A stretch of 58,822 bases of DNA from Candidatus Paceibacter sp. (GCA_020724885.1 DYGD01000001.1:7018-65839); one strand, 5' to 3'. Counted from the first letter of the stretch, positions 1-9,287 are shown. Program-made: numbers and translations. Notes: generated by a model from the letters alone, not told the origin.

Positions 1-1
1 A

Positions 2-481
2 TTAGATTTCCAAAAAATCCATCGTCTCGTCGTTATGCATCAAGCCGTGGATTTTCCAGATTTGATTTTTAACTCCGCCCATTCCCGGACTGCCAGCCGG
101 CATTCCCGGTAGAGCAATACCATTTAGCTCGGGTTTCTCTTGAAGCAGTTTTTCAATTGCTTCCACTGGCATATGACCCTCCACCGCATAATCGCCAATC
201 AAAGTCGTATGACAAGCCCACATTTCCTCGGGAATTCCGTGTTCTTTCTTAATTTTCTCTATTTCAGTTGTTGGAATTTTTTCTACTTCAAAACCGCTCT
301 GCTTTAGATAAGCCGCGTGAGCTCCGCAACAGCCACAATCGGGGTCGTAATAGACCGTAGCTTTTTCTTCGGCAAAGATTTGTTGATTGATATTGTTGTT
401 GCCTAAAGGCAGAAAATTCAGAACAAGCAAAGCGGCAACCGCTATTCCGCCGATAATTAGAATTGATTTTAAGTTTTTCAT
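2..481 (-). CDS. DUF411-family exported metal-binding protein
   Basis: N-terminal hydrophobic segment, CGCC motif, CHT..GY.VEGH.P and LPGMPAGSPGM motifs; lies downstream of a Cu ATPase. Confidence 0.88.
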   Translation of the reverse strand: MKNLKSILIIGGIAVAALLVLNFLPLGNNNINQQIFAEEKATVYYDPDCGCCGAHAAYLKQSGFEVEKIPTTEIEKIKKEHGIPEEMWACHTTLIGDYAVEGHMPVEAIEKLLQEKPELNGIALPGMPAGSPGMGGVKNQIWKIHGLMHNDETMDFLEI

Positions 482-585
482 AAGTTGTTAATTAACAAGT
501 TAGTAATCAGAAGTCAATAATTAGTAATTTACACAAACACAAAAAACTCATCGCCCAGATACGAACTTTGAGTTTTTGAAAGAAA

Positions 586-1014
586 TTAAATCCGAGTAGG
601 ACTATGCTCTAAAAAAGAGAGCCAAGAGATAAATTTATGGTGCGCTTGAAAATATGATTTTAGTTGATTTATTTTTTGAGAAAAATTAGAAAAAATTTTT
701 TTAATTATTCCCGAGGCAAGAAAAGACAACAAACCGAAAGCTATGACTGTCAAAGTCAAAACCAGCAAGGTTAAAAAACCGCTGCTGTTAAAAATCGTTT
801 CCGAAAAATTCTTCAAAACTTTCAAATGTAAAATAGCAAACTCCACTCCACTTGCTAACATTGAACAATCTTCTTGAATCAAGGGACTCACAATACAGCT
901 TGCCCCGTGCTCGCCGTGTCCAAATAAAGCCAAATCAACAGCGCCAAACGCAAAGACCCCAAACAGAACTATAATACTGACCACGGCAAGATTTTTCATA
1001 TTTGTTTCAATCAT
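586..1014 (-). CDS. hypothetical membrane protein in copper operon
   Basis: Two hydrophobic segments, His/Cys motif (HGEHGASC), co-oriented within the operon. Confidence 0.6.
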   Translation of the reverse strand: MIETNMKNLAVVSIIVLFGVFAFGAVDLALFGHGEHGASCIVSPLIQEDCSMLASGVEFAILHLKVLKNFSETIFNSSGFLTLLVLTLTVIAFGLLSFLASGIIKKIFSNFSQKINQLKSYFQAHHKFISWLSFLEHSPTRI

Positions 1015-1031
1015 ATCACTTTTTGGCCGGT

Positions 1032-3167
1032 TTAAGCCAATGTTTTCCTTCTCAAAAGCAGGGCGTTAAAGGCAACAATTACGGTGCTTGCCGACATAAA
1101 GACCGCCGCCAGCGCGGGTTCTACCGGCGGAATTCCGTAAAACATCAAAGCGCCGGCGGCTAAAGGCAAGGCAATAATATTGTAGCCGGTTGCCCAGAAA
1201 AGATTTTGAATCATTTTAGTGTAAGTCAAGCGGGAGAGTTTGGTGATTTTTGGAATATCGCGAGGGTCATTTCTAGCTAAAATTATGCCGGCTGATTCAA
1301 TTGCCACATTAGTGCCGGCGCCGACAGCAATACCGACATCGGCTTGAGTCAAAGCCGGCGCATCGTTTACTCCGTCACCTACCATCGCCACCTTCAAATC
1401 ACGACCTTGTAACTCTTTCACTTTTTCAACTTTTTGCTCCGGTAAAACTCGCGCAAAATACTCGTCAATTTCAAGCTCTTTTGAAACCCACTTGGCAACG
1501 TCTTCTGAATCGCCCGTAATCATCACCACCTTTTTATCCTGATCGTGAAGCATTTTGATCGCTTCTTTTGATTCTTCTCTTATAATATCCGCCAAAGAGA
1601 TCGCTCCAAAAAGTCCGTTCTCTGAAATGACGTAAATGACGGTTTTGCCTTGTGATTCTTGTTCTTTTATCTTTGCCGAAAAATCGCCACTTATAGAAAT
1701 TCCTTTTTCTTTAACTAAAACCTCGCTGCCAACTAGAATTTCTTTTCCATCTACAATTCCTTTTGCCCCTTTGCCCGGAATTCTTTCAAAACTTTTTACT
1801 TCGGGAAGAACAAGTTTTTTATTTTTCGCTTCTTTAACAATAGCTTTAGCGATTGAATGTTCGGAGTGCACGTTCACAGAAGCCGCCAGCTTCAGTATTT
1901 CTAAATCTGAAATATTAAATCTGAAATCTGAAATTATCTCTGTGACTCCGAACTCTCCTTTAGTTAAAGTGCCGGTTTTGTCAAAAAGAACAACATTAAC
2001 ATTGCGCGCCGCTTCCAGCGCCAGTCGCCTTTTAATAATGAAGCCATTTTTAGCCGCCATATTGGTGGAAATTGAAGCTACTAAAGGCACTGCCAATCCT
2101 AGAGCATGAGGACAGGCAATTACCAAAACCGCCACCAAACGCGCCACCGCAAAAGCAATTTCTCTTCCGGCTATCAGCCAAGCAATTAAAGTAATGACGC
2201 CGGCCGAGACAGCAATGATTGTCAAAACCAAAGCGGCTTTGTCAGATAGAATTTGCAATCGTGATTTTGACGCCTCGGCCTCGGAAACTAGCCGCATAAC
2301 ACCGGAAAGAAAAGTTTCTTCGCCAATTTTGGTAATTTCCACTTTTAGAGAACCGTCGCCGTTTATTGTGCCGGCGATTATCTCATCGCCAACTTTTTTT
2401 AAGACCAGTTTTGACTCGCCAGTGATTATTGATTCGTCCAATTCCGACTGGCCATCAACAATTTTTCCATCAGCCGGTATTTTCGCTCCGGGTTTTACCA
2501 AAACCCAATCTCCCTTCTTTAATTCCGAAATCGGAACTGTCCTTGTTTCCAATCTAAGGGTGTCGGAAACCCTTAATATTAGTTCGGCGGTATCAGGTAA
2601 AAGTTTGGCCAACTCCTTTAACGCGCCCCGAGCTCTTTTAACCGACTTCATTTCAATCCAATGGCCTAAAAGCATTACGGCAATCAAAGTAGAGAGTTCC
2701 CAAAACAAAGTCATATCTTCCACAAAAGTGGCATATATGCTCCAGAGATAAGCAGCAGAAATTGCGAGTGCAATCAAAGTCATCATCCCCGGCAGGCGAG
2801 CTTTGAGTTCACGCCAAGCCCCCATTAGGAAAATTCCGCCACCATAGAAAAAAACAATGGAACCCAAAATTAGATTAAGATATTCGAAACCGAGAAATTT
2901 GGGAGTAGAAAAACCAAAGAAAAGCATCGGCAATTCCGAATAAGCAATAATTGGGATGGTCAAAACAAGTGAAATCCAAAATTTCCGAAGAAACATCTCC
3001 GTGCTATGGCCTTGATGTTTGTCATGTTCTTTGTTCTTTGATTTTTGTTTTTTACTATTTTCTTTTTTAACTAAACTCATACCGCATTCCGGACACATTC
3101 CGGGCTTATCCCGCTCTATTTCCGGATGCATCGGGCAAGTGTAGATTTGATTATTCTCTTTGTTCAT
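1032..3167 (-). CDS. copB: copper-translocating P1B-type ATPase (CopB-like)
   Basis: YTCPMHP..CPECGM metal domain, TGES, CPH transmembrane motif, DKTGTLT, GDGVNDAP. Confidence 0.93.
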   Translation of the reverse strand: MNKENNQIYTCPMHPEIERDKPGMCPECGMSLVKKENSKKQKSKNKEHDKHQGHSTEMFLRKFWISLVLTIPIIAYSELPMLFFGFSTPKFLGFEYLNLILGSIVFFYGGGIFLMGAWRELKARLPGMMTLIALAISAAYLWSIYATFVEDMTLFWELSTLIAVMLLGHWIEMKSVKRARGALKELAKLLPDTAELILRVSDTLRLETRTVPISELKKGDWVLVKPGAKIPADGKIVDGQSELDESIITGESKLVLKKVGDEIIAGTINGDGSLKVEITKIGEETFLSGVMRLVSEAEASKSRLQILSDKAALVLTIIAVSAGVITLIAWLIAGREIAFAVARLVAVLVIACPHALGLAVPLVASISTNMAAKNGFIIKRRLALEAARNVNVVLFDKTGTLTKGEFGVTEIISDFRFNISDLEILKLAASVNVHSEHSIAKAIVKEAKNKKLVLPEVKSFERIPGKGAKGIVDGKEILVGSEVLVKEKGISISGDFSAKIKEQESQGKTVIYVISENGLFGAISLADIIREESKEAIKMLHDQDKKVVMITGDSEDVAKWVSKELEIDEYFARVLPEQKVEKVKELQGRDLKVAMVGDGVNDAPALTQADVGIAVGAGTNVAIESAGIILARNDPRDIPKITKLSRLTYTKMIQNLFWATGYNIIALPLAAGALMFYGIPPVEPALAAVFMSASTVIVAFNALLLRRKTLA

Positions 3168-3212
3168 AAAATTATTCGTGTTATTCGCATAAATTCGTGA
3201 ATTGGTGTCGTG

Positions 3213-3482
3213 TTATTTCTTTTGCGCTAATTTATAAACTTTCAAAATCTCCGAAACAGCTTTATTTTTTTGCCCGCCTCCTATCTGTTCCATCACATGA
3301 GTTGATAAATGATTTTCCAGAATCAAATTTTCCACGCCGGAGAGCGCGCTTTTAACTGCCTCGGCTTGGGTAATAATATCCACGCAGTATTTCCCATCTT
3401 CAACCATTTTCTGAAGTCCTCTAATCTGCCCCTCAATTATTTTCAACCGCCTTTTTGCTTTATTTTTGTATTCTTTTCGCAT
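3213..3482 (-). CDS. csoR: CsoR/RcnR-family metal-sensing repressor
   Basis: RLKIIEGQIRGLQKMVE..YC.DI..Q and H-x3-H motifs; ATG at 3482 preferred to the 3497 start. Confidence 0.9.
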   Translation of the reverse strand: MRKEYKNKAKRRLKIIEGQIRGLQKMVEDGKYCVDIITQAEAVKSALSGVENLILENHLSTHVMEQIGGGQKNKAVSEILKVYKLAQKK

Positions 3483-3521
3483 TTTCCCAGTGGCCAAGCC
3501 CTAATCCCTAATTACTAGTTT

Positions 3522-3549
3522 AGTATACCCCCCTAGGGTATATTGTCAA
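3522..3549 (-). promoter_or_regulatory. sigma70 promoter with overlapping CsoR operator
   Basis: TTGACA-16-TATACT on the minus strand; inverted repeat TATACCC-CCCTA-GGGTATA at 3524-3542 has the G/C-tract form of CsoR operators. Confidence 0.85.
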
Positions 3550-3601
3550 GCTGATGACCATTATTGCCCATAAAAATAACTGTGATAGACTAACCGCCAA
3601 C

Positions 3602-3724
3602 ATGCTTTGTAACCACAGTACAAAAACTTGGTCTAGTTTTGCCAAAATTACCGCCTTCTCTTAAAAGAGCGGTTTGGATAGTATTTATTTCCTATTTCAA
3701 AAAACCGCTTTCTCGGGCGGTTTT
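3602..3724 (+). promoter_or_regulatory. putative leader-peptide attenuator
   Basis: 20-codon uORF at 3602-3664 and mutually exclusive stems ACCGC / GAGCGGTTT / AAAACCGC / GCGGTTTT. Confidence 0.6.
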
Positions 3725-3789
3725 CTATTAACTATCAAAAAGCTGCGCGCCCATGGAATTAATCCGTGAGTGCATGGCCCACTCGGACC

Positions 3790-4500
3790 ATGATCATTAA
3801 ACCAATAAAAACTAGAATTTTTGAGGAAAAAGAAAATTTACTTTCTTTTGTCACTTCCTATTTCAAAAAAATTCCGGAAAAATCAGTGGTGGTTATAACT
3901 TCAAAAATCGTCGCTTTATCAGAAGGTCGGACGGCAGAAATTGAGAATGAAAAAACCAAAGAAGAGCTAATTCGCAGAGAAAGCGACCTAGCTTTAAGAA
4001 CCGAGCACGTTTGGCTGACTATAAAAGACGGAGTAGTGATGGCTTCGGCCGGCATAGACGAATCCAACGCCGATGGAAAATTGATTCTTCTGCCCCGCAA
4101 CAGTTTTAAGACGGCGGTAGATCTGCGCAAGAAATTACAGAAAAAATATAAAGTGAAAAATCTCGGCGTCTTAATTGTTGACAGCCGAACAATGCCTTTG
4201 CGAGCCGGAGTGGTCGGTAGCGCTTTGGGCTATGCGGGGTTTAGGGGTATTAAAGAATATGCTGGCAGCCGCGACCTTTTTGGCAGGAAATTCAAATTCT
4301 CTCGCACTAATGTAGCCGACGGGCTAGCAACCGGCGCAGTTCTCACAATGGGGGAAGGTAGAGAAAGGCAACCTCTGGTCTTAATTACTGGGGCTCCAAT
4401 TAAGTTTTCCGACCGAATTTCCCGTGCTGAATTGAAGATAGACATCAAAAACGATATGTATAGGCCACTTTTTGTAAGATTCTGTAAAACAAAACCGTGA
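3790..4500 (+). CDS. CofE-like gamma-glutamyl ligase (F420-0:L-glutamate ligase family)
   Basis: ITSKIVALSEGR, ASAGIDESN, DSRTMPLR.G, DLFGR and MGEG.E.QP motifs. Confidence 0.85.
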   Translation: MIIKPIKTRIFEEKENLLSFVTSYFKKIPEKSVVVITSKIVALSEGRTAEIENEKTKEELIRRESDLALRTEHVWLTIKDGVVMASAGIDESNADGKLILLPRNSFKTAVDLRKKLQKKYKVKNLGVLIVDSRTMPLRAGVVGSALGYAGFRGIKEYAGSRDLFGRKFKFSRTNVADGLATGAVLTMGEGRERQPLVLITGAPIKFSDRISRAELKIDIKNDMYRPLFVRFCKTKP

Positions 4501-4513
4501 TACAATTTCTACT

Positions 4514-4645
4514 ATGATGGGATATGGTGGTGGTTGGGGCATGATGGGAGGAGTGGGGTTAATTTTCACAATCTTCTGGATTGTGGCATTTGTGGACCTT
4601 ATCCTACTCGGCATCTGGCTCTGGCAGCAAATCACAAAAAAATAG
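4514..4645 (+). CDS. 43 aa single-pass membrane protein (MMGYGGGWGMMGG...)
   Basis: Read manually, below the ORF-track cutoff; Met/Gly-rich N-terminus and one hydrophobic helix. Confidence 0.65.
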   Translation: MMGYGGGWGMMGGVGLIFTIFWIVAFVDLILLGIWLWQQITKK

Positions 4646-4680
4646 TTGTAAACATCAGATGTTTAACATTTAGCGGTAAA

Positions 4681-5535
4681 TTAAGGACTTGCGATGTCCA
4701 TAATTTTTTCTGTTTCCGGTTCACTAAGTTGTTCTAACTCATCATTATGTTCATCTTCCAGAGCCACCAGAGACAGCATTATGGCAATACCAACCAAAAT
4801 TGAAACGAATTGGATCGCTGATTTTTTGGGGTTGCGGGTTTTCTGGATTTCTGGCACCAAATCCGAACCGGCAATATAAATAAAAGCGCCAGCGGCAAAA
4901 GCGCCGATAAAAAAAACATATCCTTCTAAAACGGAACCCAGAGCGATTGTCATTGCGGCGCCCAAGACAGCAAATAAAGCGGTGGCAAAGTTCCAGATCA
5001 AGGCCTTCAAGCGTGACATTCCAGAATGAACCAATAAGCCGAAATCGGCAATTTCCTGCGGAATTTCATGCAAAGCGACAGCAATAGTTGTCGCAATCCC
5101 GACCTCAATGCTTATAAAAAAACTGGCGGCAATTATGACACCATCAACCAGATTATGAATTGAATCTGAAGTTAAAATCAAAACGCCTAATGGCTTAATT
5201 CTACCGCCAGAATTTTTTAATTCTTCGGAAACTAAGCACGTCTCGCTATCTTCAATCCCGTGATGATGGTGCCAATGCAGAAATTTTTCTAAGATAAAAA
5301 AAGCCAGAAATCCGGCAATAATCAATAGAGAAACAAGGGTCAATCTGTCGGTATGTTCAAAGGCCTCGGGTATGAGATGAAGAAAAGCATCGCCAAAAAG
5401 AGCGCCGGCAGCCAAACCCACCAGCACAAACAGAGCTCTCTGTAAAAATTCTTTCTTCCAAGACAATGTCAGAGCACCGACCAGAGATATCAAACTTATT
5501 ATAAAGACGCTAAATATTATGTATATCGGGGTCAT
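4681..5535 (-). CDS. ZIP-family zinc/metal transporter
   Basis: HLIPEA, His-rich loop, HN.VDG and HEIPQEI.DF motifs; multiple transmembrane helices. Confidence 0.92.
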   Translation of the reverse strand: MTPIYIIFSVFIISLISLVGALTLSWKKEFLQRALFVLVGLAAGALFGDAFLHLIPEAFEHTDRLTLVSLLIIAGFLAFFILEKFLHWHHHHGIEDSETCLVSEELKNSGGRIKPLGVLILTSDSIHNLVDGVIIAASFFISIEVGIATTIAVALHEIPQEIADFGLLVHSGMSRLKALIWNFATALFAVLGAAMTIALGSVLEGYVFFIGAFAAGAFIYIAGSDLVPEIQKTRNPKKSAIQFVSILVGIAIMLSLVALEDEHNDELEQLSEPETEKIMDIASP

Positions 5536-5541
5536 AATTTT

Positions 5542-5556
5542 TGCAAATAATTTGCA
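5542..5556. promoter_or_regulatory. putative Fur-family (Zur) operator
   Basis: Perfect 7-1-7 palindrome TGCAAAT-A-ATTTGCA between the divergent ZIP and Fur-family genes. Confidence 0.7.
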
Positions 5557-5576
5557 TTTAGTTTAAGCTAGGGAGA

Positions 5577-6002
5577 ATGAAAACACAAGTAAAAAGTGTG
5601 GAAAAAGACAAAGAAGTCCTAAAACGGGCAGGCCTTAAAAACACCCCCGCCCGACAAGCAGTTCTAAGCACTTTCGGAACAGGTTGCCTTCCCCTCTCGG
5701 CCGAACAGATTTATCAGTCCTTAAAGAAAAAATATGACTTGGCAACAATTTATCGAATACTCAATAAATTTGAGCGAGGTGAATTAATCAGGCGGATAAA
5801 TCTCAAAGGCGGCACCGGTTATTATGAGCTAGTCGCCAATCACCACCATCACCTAATCTGCCAAGGTTGCGGATTGATAGAAGATTTCAGCCGATGCGGT
5901 ATAGAAAATATGCAAAATGCTATAATCAGATCAAGCAAAAAATTCAACGAAATTAAGGGACACTCTTTGGAACTGCACGGCTTATGCAAAAAATGCTCCT
6001 GA
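5577..6002 (+). CDS. Fur-family regulator (probably Zur)
   Basis: T..R.AVL, LATIYR, HHHHLICQGCG and C-terminal CxxC motifs. Confidence 0.9.
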   Translation: MKTQVKSVEKDKEVLKRAGLKNTPARQAVLSTFGTGCLPLSAEQIYQSLKKKYDLATIYRILNKFERGELIRRINLKGGTGYYELVANHHHHLICQGCGLIEDFSRCGIENMQNAIIRSSKKFNEIKGHSLELHGLCKKCS

Positions 6003-7123
6003 AAAAAATTCAAATTCTGGCAATTCTGGCGATTATCATTTTTCTCTCTTTGCCCGGGAACTCTTTCAGCCAAGAAATCCACCGCGACTTCCAAGGAACT
6101 TGGAAATCAAAAGTTGAAAGGGTTTTACAAGAAGAAAGGGTTCTGATCCCAGGGACAAACACGGAAACAACAGTCCAAACTCTTGAAGCCACAATTATGG
6201 AAGGAGACAGAAAGGGAGAGCTAATAACTTTCCAAAATGATTATCTGCCTCTTAAAACCGGAGATGTCTTCTTTTTGAACTTTTTAATAACCATAGACGG
6301 CCAGGAAATATTTTCAGTAAGAGATGTTGACCGACGCCCGGTTCTTCTGTTTTTCACACTGATATTCGGCTTGGCGGTTATCGCCTTCGGCGGTTGGCAA
6401 GGTCTCCGCGCTTTGATAGGTTTATTCGGAACTTTTTTGGTAATCATCTTCATCCTCCTGCCCCTGTTGTTGAAAGGGTACCCGCCGGTCTTAACCAGCA
6501 CATTCATTTCAACAATAATACTTTTTTTGGCCATATATTTTACTCACGGCTTTAATAGAGAATCAACTGTAGCTTTTACCGGAACAATAATCGCGGTCTC
6601 TTTGACAGGAATTCTGGCTTACTCGGCGGTCAGATTAGGTCGTCTGACAGGATTTGCCAGCGATGAGGCAATATACTTGAACTTCAGCACTTACGGACAA
6701 TTGGACTTATCCGGTCTTCTTCTGGCCGGCATAATAATCGGTGTCCTGGGAGTATTAGACGACATTTCTATAACTCAATCGGCGGTAGTAAGCGAGCTTT
6801 ATGGGGCAAACCCTAATCTTTCCAGAAAAGAAACCTACCACAAGGCCTTAAGAGTCGGTCGAGAACACGCTGGCGCATTAGTTAATACCCTGGCTTTGGC
6901 CTATACCGGCGCCGCTCTTCCCTTGCTCTTGCTTTTCTCAATATCCGAATCCGGTTTCAGTATGATAGTCAACCAAGAAATTTTTGCTTTGGAAATACTA
7001 AGAACCATCGTCGGCAGTATTGGCCTTATTCTAACTATTCCTGTCACGACTTTGATTGCGGTTTTTGTTCTGGAAAAATATCGAGGGCGCAAGCCAGAAG
7101 TCACTCACGGTCATGTGCATTAA
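5993..7123 (+). CDS. YibE/F-family membrane protein
   Basis: IIIGVLGVLDDISITQ, VNTLALAY.GA.LP and EI.RT..GSIG motifs; exact start uncertain (5984 or 5993). Confidence 0.88.
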   Translation: MLLKKIQILAILAIIIFLSLPGNSFSQEIHRDFQGTWKSKVERVLQEERVLIPGTNTETTVQTLEATIMEGDRKGELITFQNDYLPLKTGDVFFLNFLITIDGQEIFSVRDVDRRPVLLFFTLIFGLAVIAFGGWQGLRALIGLFGTFLVIIFILLPLLLKGYPPVLTSTFISTIILFLAIYFTHGFNRESTVAFTGTIIAVSLTGILAYSAVRLGRLTGFASDEAIYLNFSTYGQLDLSGLLLAGIIIGVLGVLDDISITQSAVVSELYGANPNLSRKETYHKALRVGREHAGALVNTLALAYTGAALPLLLLFSISESGFSMIVNQEIFALEILRTIVGSIGLILTIPVTTLIAVFVLEKYRGRKPEVTHGHVH

Positions 7124-7129
7124 TACAAG

Positions 7130-7159
7130 TTGTCAAAACAAAAGACCTTTTGGTATAAT
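7130..7159 (+). promoter_or_regulatory. sigma70 promoter for the ncRNA
   Basis: TTGTCA-18-TATAAT with extended -10 TG. Confidence 0.7.
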
Positions 7160-7164
7160 TGAAA

Positions 7165-7288
7165 CGGGGTTGTTTGAGATATTCTCTATAACATTTGTCA
7201 GGGAGTTCAAATTGCTCCGTCCCTTGGGTCGGACGCTGAGAGCACCCACCTATAACTTTATAGGGCAAATGTCTTCAAATGACCCCCG
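7165..7288 (+). ncRNA. ssrS: 6S RNA (compact)
   Basis: 5' and 3' ends pair into a long stem (GGGGTTGTTTGAGATATT / AATGTCTTCAAATGACCCC). Internal AACATTT..GGGAG and GCACCCACC motifs match Firmicutes-type 6S RNA. Has its own promoter and terminator. Confidence 0.75.
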
Positions 7289-7291
7289 ATT

Positions 7292-7323
7292 AAGGCCTCT
7301 CCATTTGTTTCCGGAGGGGTTTT
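7292..7323 (+). terminator. intrinsic terminator
   Basis: GCCTCTCC...GGAGGGGT stem followed by a T-run. Confidence 0.65.
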
Positions 7324-7333
7324 GATTTGAAAT

Positions 7334-7741
7334 ATGGCCGGAAAAATTTTAAACATAATCTTAGGTTCGATAGTGGCAATAGCCATCGCCCACACTTTGG
7401 CTTTGAAATTTTATCTTTACTACGAACTTTGGTGGTTTGACATTCTAATGCATTTTGCCGCCGGCGCCTGGACAGTTCTATTTTTTCTTTGGCTTTTGTT
7501 TTTTTCAGATTTTTTTCTATTGGACGTGGAGAGAAAAAATTTTTTACTCACCTCTGCCCTGTCTATCTCTTTTCTGTTTCTGGTTGCCGTCGGTTGGGAG
7601 ATTTTTGAATTGCACTTCGGTTTAACATTTATAGAAGATTCGGATTACTGGCAAGATACAATTTCTGATATCTTTTCGGCTCTTTCCGGCGGGCTTTTAA
7701 CTTTGTGGCTTTTCTTTCGGGCGGTCTTCACAAAATTTTAA
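7334..7741 (+). CDS. hypothetical membrane protein (VanZ/DUF2238-like)
   Basis: WWFDILMHF..G, WEIFE and DT.SD motifs; about four transmembrane helices. Confidence 0.7.
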   Translation: MAGKILNIILGSIVAIAIAHTLALKFYLYYELWWFDILMHFAAGAWTVLFFLWLLFFSDFFLLDVERKNFLLTSALSISFLFLVAVGWEIFELHFGLTFIEDSDYWQDTISDIFSALSGGLLTLWLFFRAVFTKF

Positions 7742-7815
7742 AGACAAGATCTAAACAAAAAAGCGCCCCTGAACAACTAGGATAGAGCTGTGCGGATGAG
7801 GGTGTCATGCCGAAT

Positions 7816-7986
7816 TCATTCCGGCATTCTTGAACCACCCACGATCTCCGCCTTTAAACCGGCCTCGAGCGGGACAGTGATCTTTTCTGGTTTCCCTTTG
7901 CCCCCATCGGACCCTTTTTCCGCCGGCTTCTGGTCCTCGGGTCTCTTTTCAGCTTGACCTGTCGGTTTCTGCCCATTCTCTTCCAT
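7816..7986 (-). CDS. 56 aa charged orphan protein
   Basis: Read manually (MEENGQKPTGQAEK...); strong GGAGG SD upstream. Confidence 0.5.
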   Translation of the reverse strand: MEENGQKPTGQAEKRPEDQKPAEKGSDGGKGKPEKITVPLEAGLKAEIVGGSRMPE

Positions 7987-8087
7987 GAATCCTCCCCTGC
8001 CTCAATGAGGCGGTTAGTTGTGCGTCTCAAAAAATAATACCAAAAACAAAACCGGATTCAAGGTGTCCGGAGTTGATTGCTAGGAAA

Positions 8088-8432
8088 TTAGGAAATTTTT
8101 TGGATAATCCGATTGAAAGTTTTCGGATTATTTTGAGCCAAACTGGAGAGAATCTTGCGATCAAGAGAGATATTTTTTTTCTTGAGAATGTCAATCAACC
8201 GGCTGTATGACACACCCTGTGATTTAGCCGCGGCGCCGATTCTGACATTCCAAAGCCGACGAAAATCGTTTTTCTTGTCGCGACGATGAGCAAAAGCGTG
8301 GGCGCCGGCATGCGCCAGAGCTTCATAGGCCTGTCTTTCTTTTTTTGAACGGCCATGCCTATAACCCTTGGCTCTCTTTAAAATATTTCTTCTCGTCTTT
8401 AGAGCATTTTTTCCTTTTTTTACCCTTGTCAT
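8088..8432 (-). CDS. rplT: 50S ribosomal protein L20
   Basis: MTRVK, AKGY, RRDKKNDFRRLW and LDRKIL motifs. Confidence 0.97.
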   Translation of the reverse strand: MTRVKKGKNALKTRRNILKRAKGYRHGRSKKERQAYEALAHAGAHAFAHRRDKKNDFRRLWNVRIGAAAKSQGVSYSRLIDILKKKNISLDRKILSSLAQNNPKTFNRIIQKIS

Positions 8433-8508
8433 GATATCTAGATGAATTCTAATAATGAAGATACAAACTCCAAAATAATATAATTAGCGCGGATAATTTA
8501 GACACAAA

Positions 8509-8694
8509 TCAACGCTGTGTTAAAAACCTCTTGATCGCTTTTTTATTTAGATTCAATTTTGTCACCCTTCTTTTAGCAACACGCTGCCTGCCAGAATCTT
8601 TTGAATTAAAGTGGTTTTGACCAGCTTTTCTGGAAAGGATTTTTCCATTCCTCGTAACTTTCAATCTCTTGGTGTATGACTTATTGGTTTTCAT
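8509..8694 (-). CDS. rpmI: 50S ribosomal protein L35
   Basis: MKTNKS..KR.KVT..GK; located between infC and rplT. Confidence 0.93.
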   Translation of the reverse strand: MKTNKSYTKRLKVTRNGKILSRKAGQNHFNSKDSGRQRVAKRRVTKLNLNKKAIKRFLTQR

Positions 8695-8697
8695 ATT

Positions 8698-9210
8698 TTA
8701 TTTCTTTTCTAAAACTATTGTCATCCCTTTCGGGCTTTTTTTGGCTGGTTCGGCGATTTTGTATTCTATTGGCAGAAGTTTTAGTATTCTATCCAATCTA
8801 TCTCTTAAAAAGTTTTGTTCAAGATACTTCGTTCGCCCCGGTAAAAACAGATCTATTTTTACCCTATTACCCTCGCTGAGCCATTCCCCAGCTTTTTTTG
8901 CCTTTAATTCCAGATCATGCTCTCCGGTGCCTATTTTGATTTGAATATTTTTTACTTCAACACTTTTCGATTTTACTTTTGCCTGCTTCTGTTTTTTGTT
9001 CTCCTCATACTGGTGCTTCCCAAAGTCAGCTATTTTGGCAATCGGCGGGTTGGCATTTGGCGAAATCTCTATGAGGTCAAGCCCGAACTCTTCGCTTCTT
9101 TTCAAAGCGTCGCTTAAGGGCAGAATTCCTAGATTTTCGCCTTTCGGCCCAATCACCCTCAATTCCGAAACCCTAATTTGATGGTTTATTCTGGCTTTCC
9201 AGTTCTTCAA
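8698..9210 (-). CDS. infC: translation initiation factor IF-3
   Basis: RIN.QIR..E.RVI and LDLIEISPNA.PP.AKI.DFGK motifs; TTG start. Confidence 0.96.
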   Translation of the reverse strand: MKNWKARINHQIRVSELRVIGPKGENLGILPLSDALKRSEEFGLDLIEISPNANPPIAKIADFGKHQYEENKKQKQAKVKSKSVEVKNIQIKIGTGEHDLELKAKKAGEWLSEGNRVKIDLFLPGRTKYLEQNFLRDRLDRILKLLPIEYKIAEPAKKSPKGMTIVLEKK

Positions 9211-9287
9211 TTAATTTTAGACAGCCGACTAATAACTCCTTAAGTTTAACACAATTCAAAACTGACTGCAACTACCTTTGGTAGAGA

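Noticed and set aside
7165-7288. SRP (4.5S) RNA or tRNA
   Set aside because: No SRP domain IV CAGG..GGAA..AGCAG motif and no cloverleaf; the motifs fit 6S RNA better
9210-9240. Canonical ATT start for infC after AGGAG
   Set aside because: That ATT frame ends at TGA after 8 codons, and an in-frame TAA lies directly before the TTG, so TTG is the usable start
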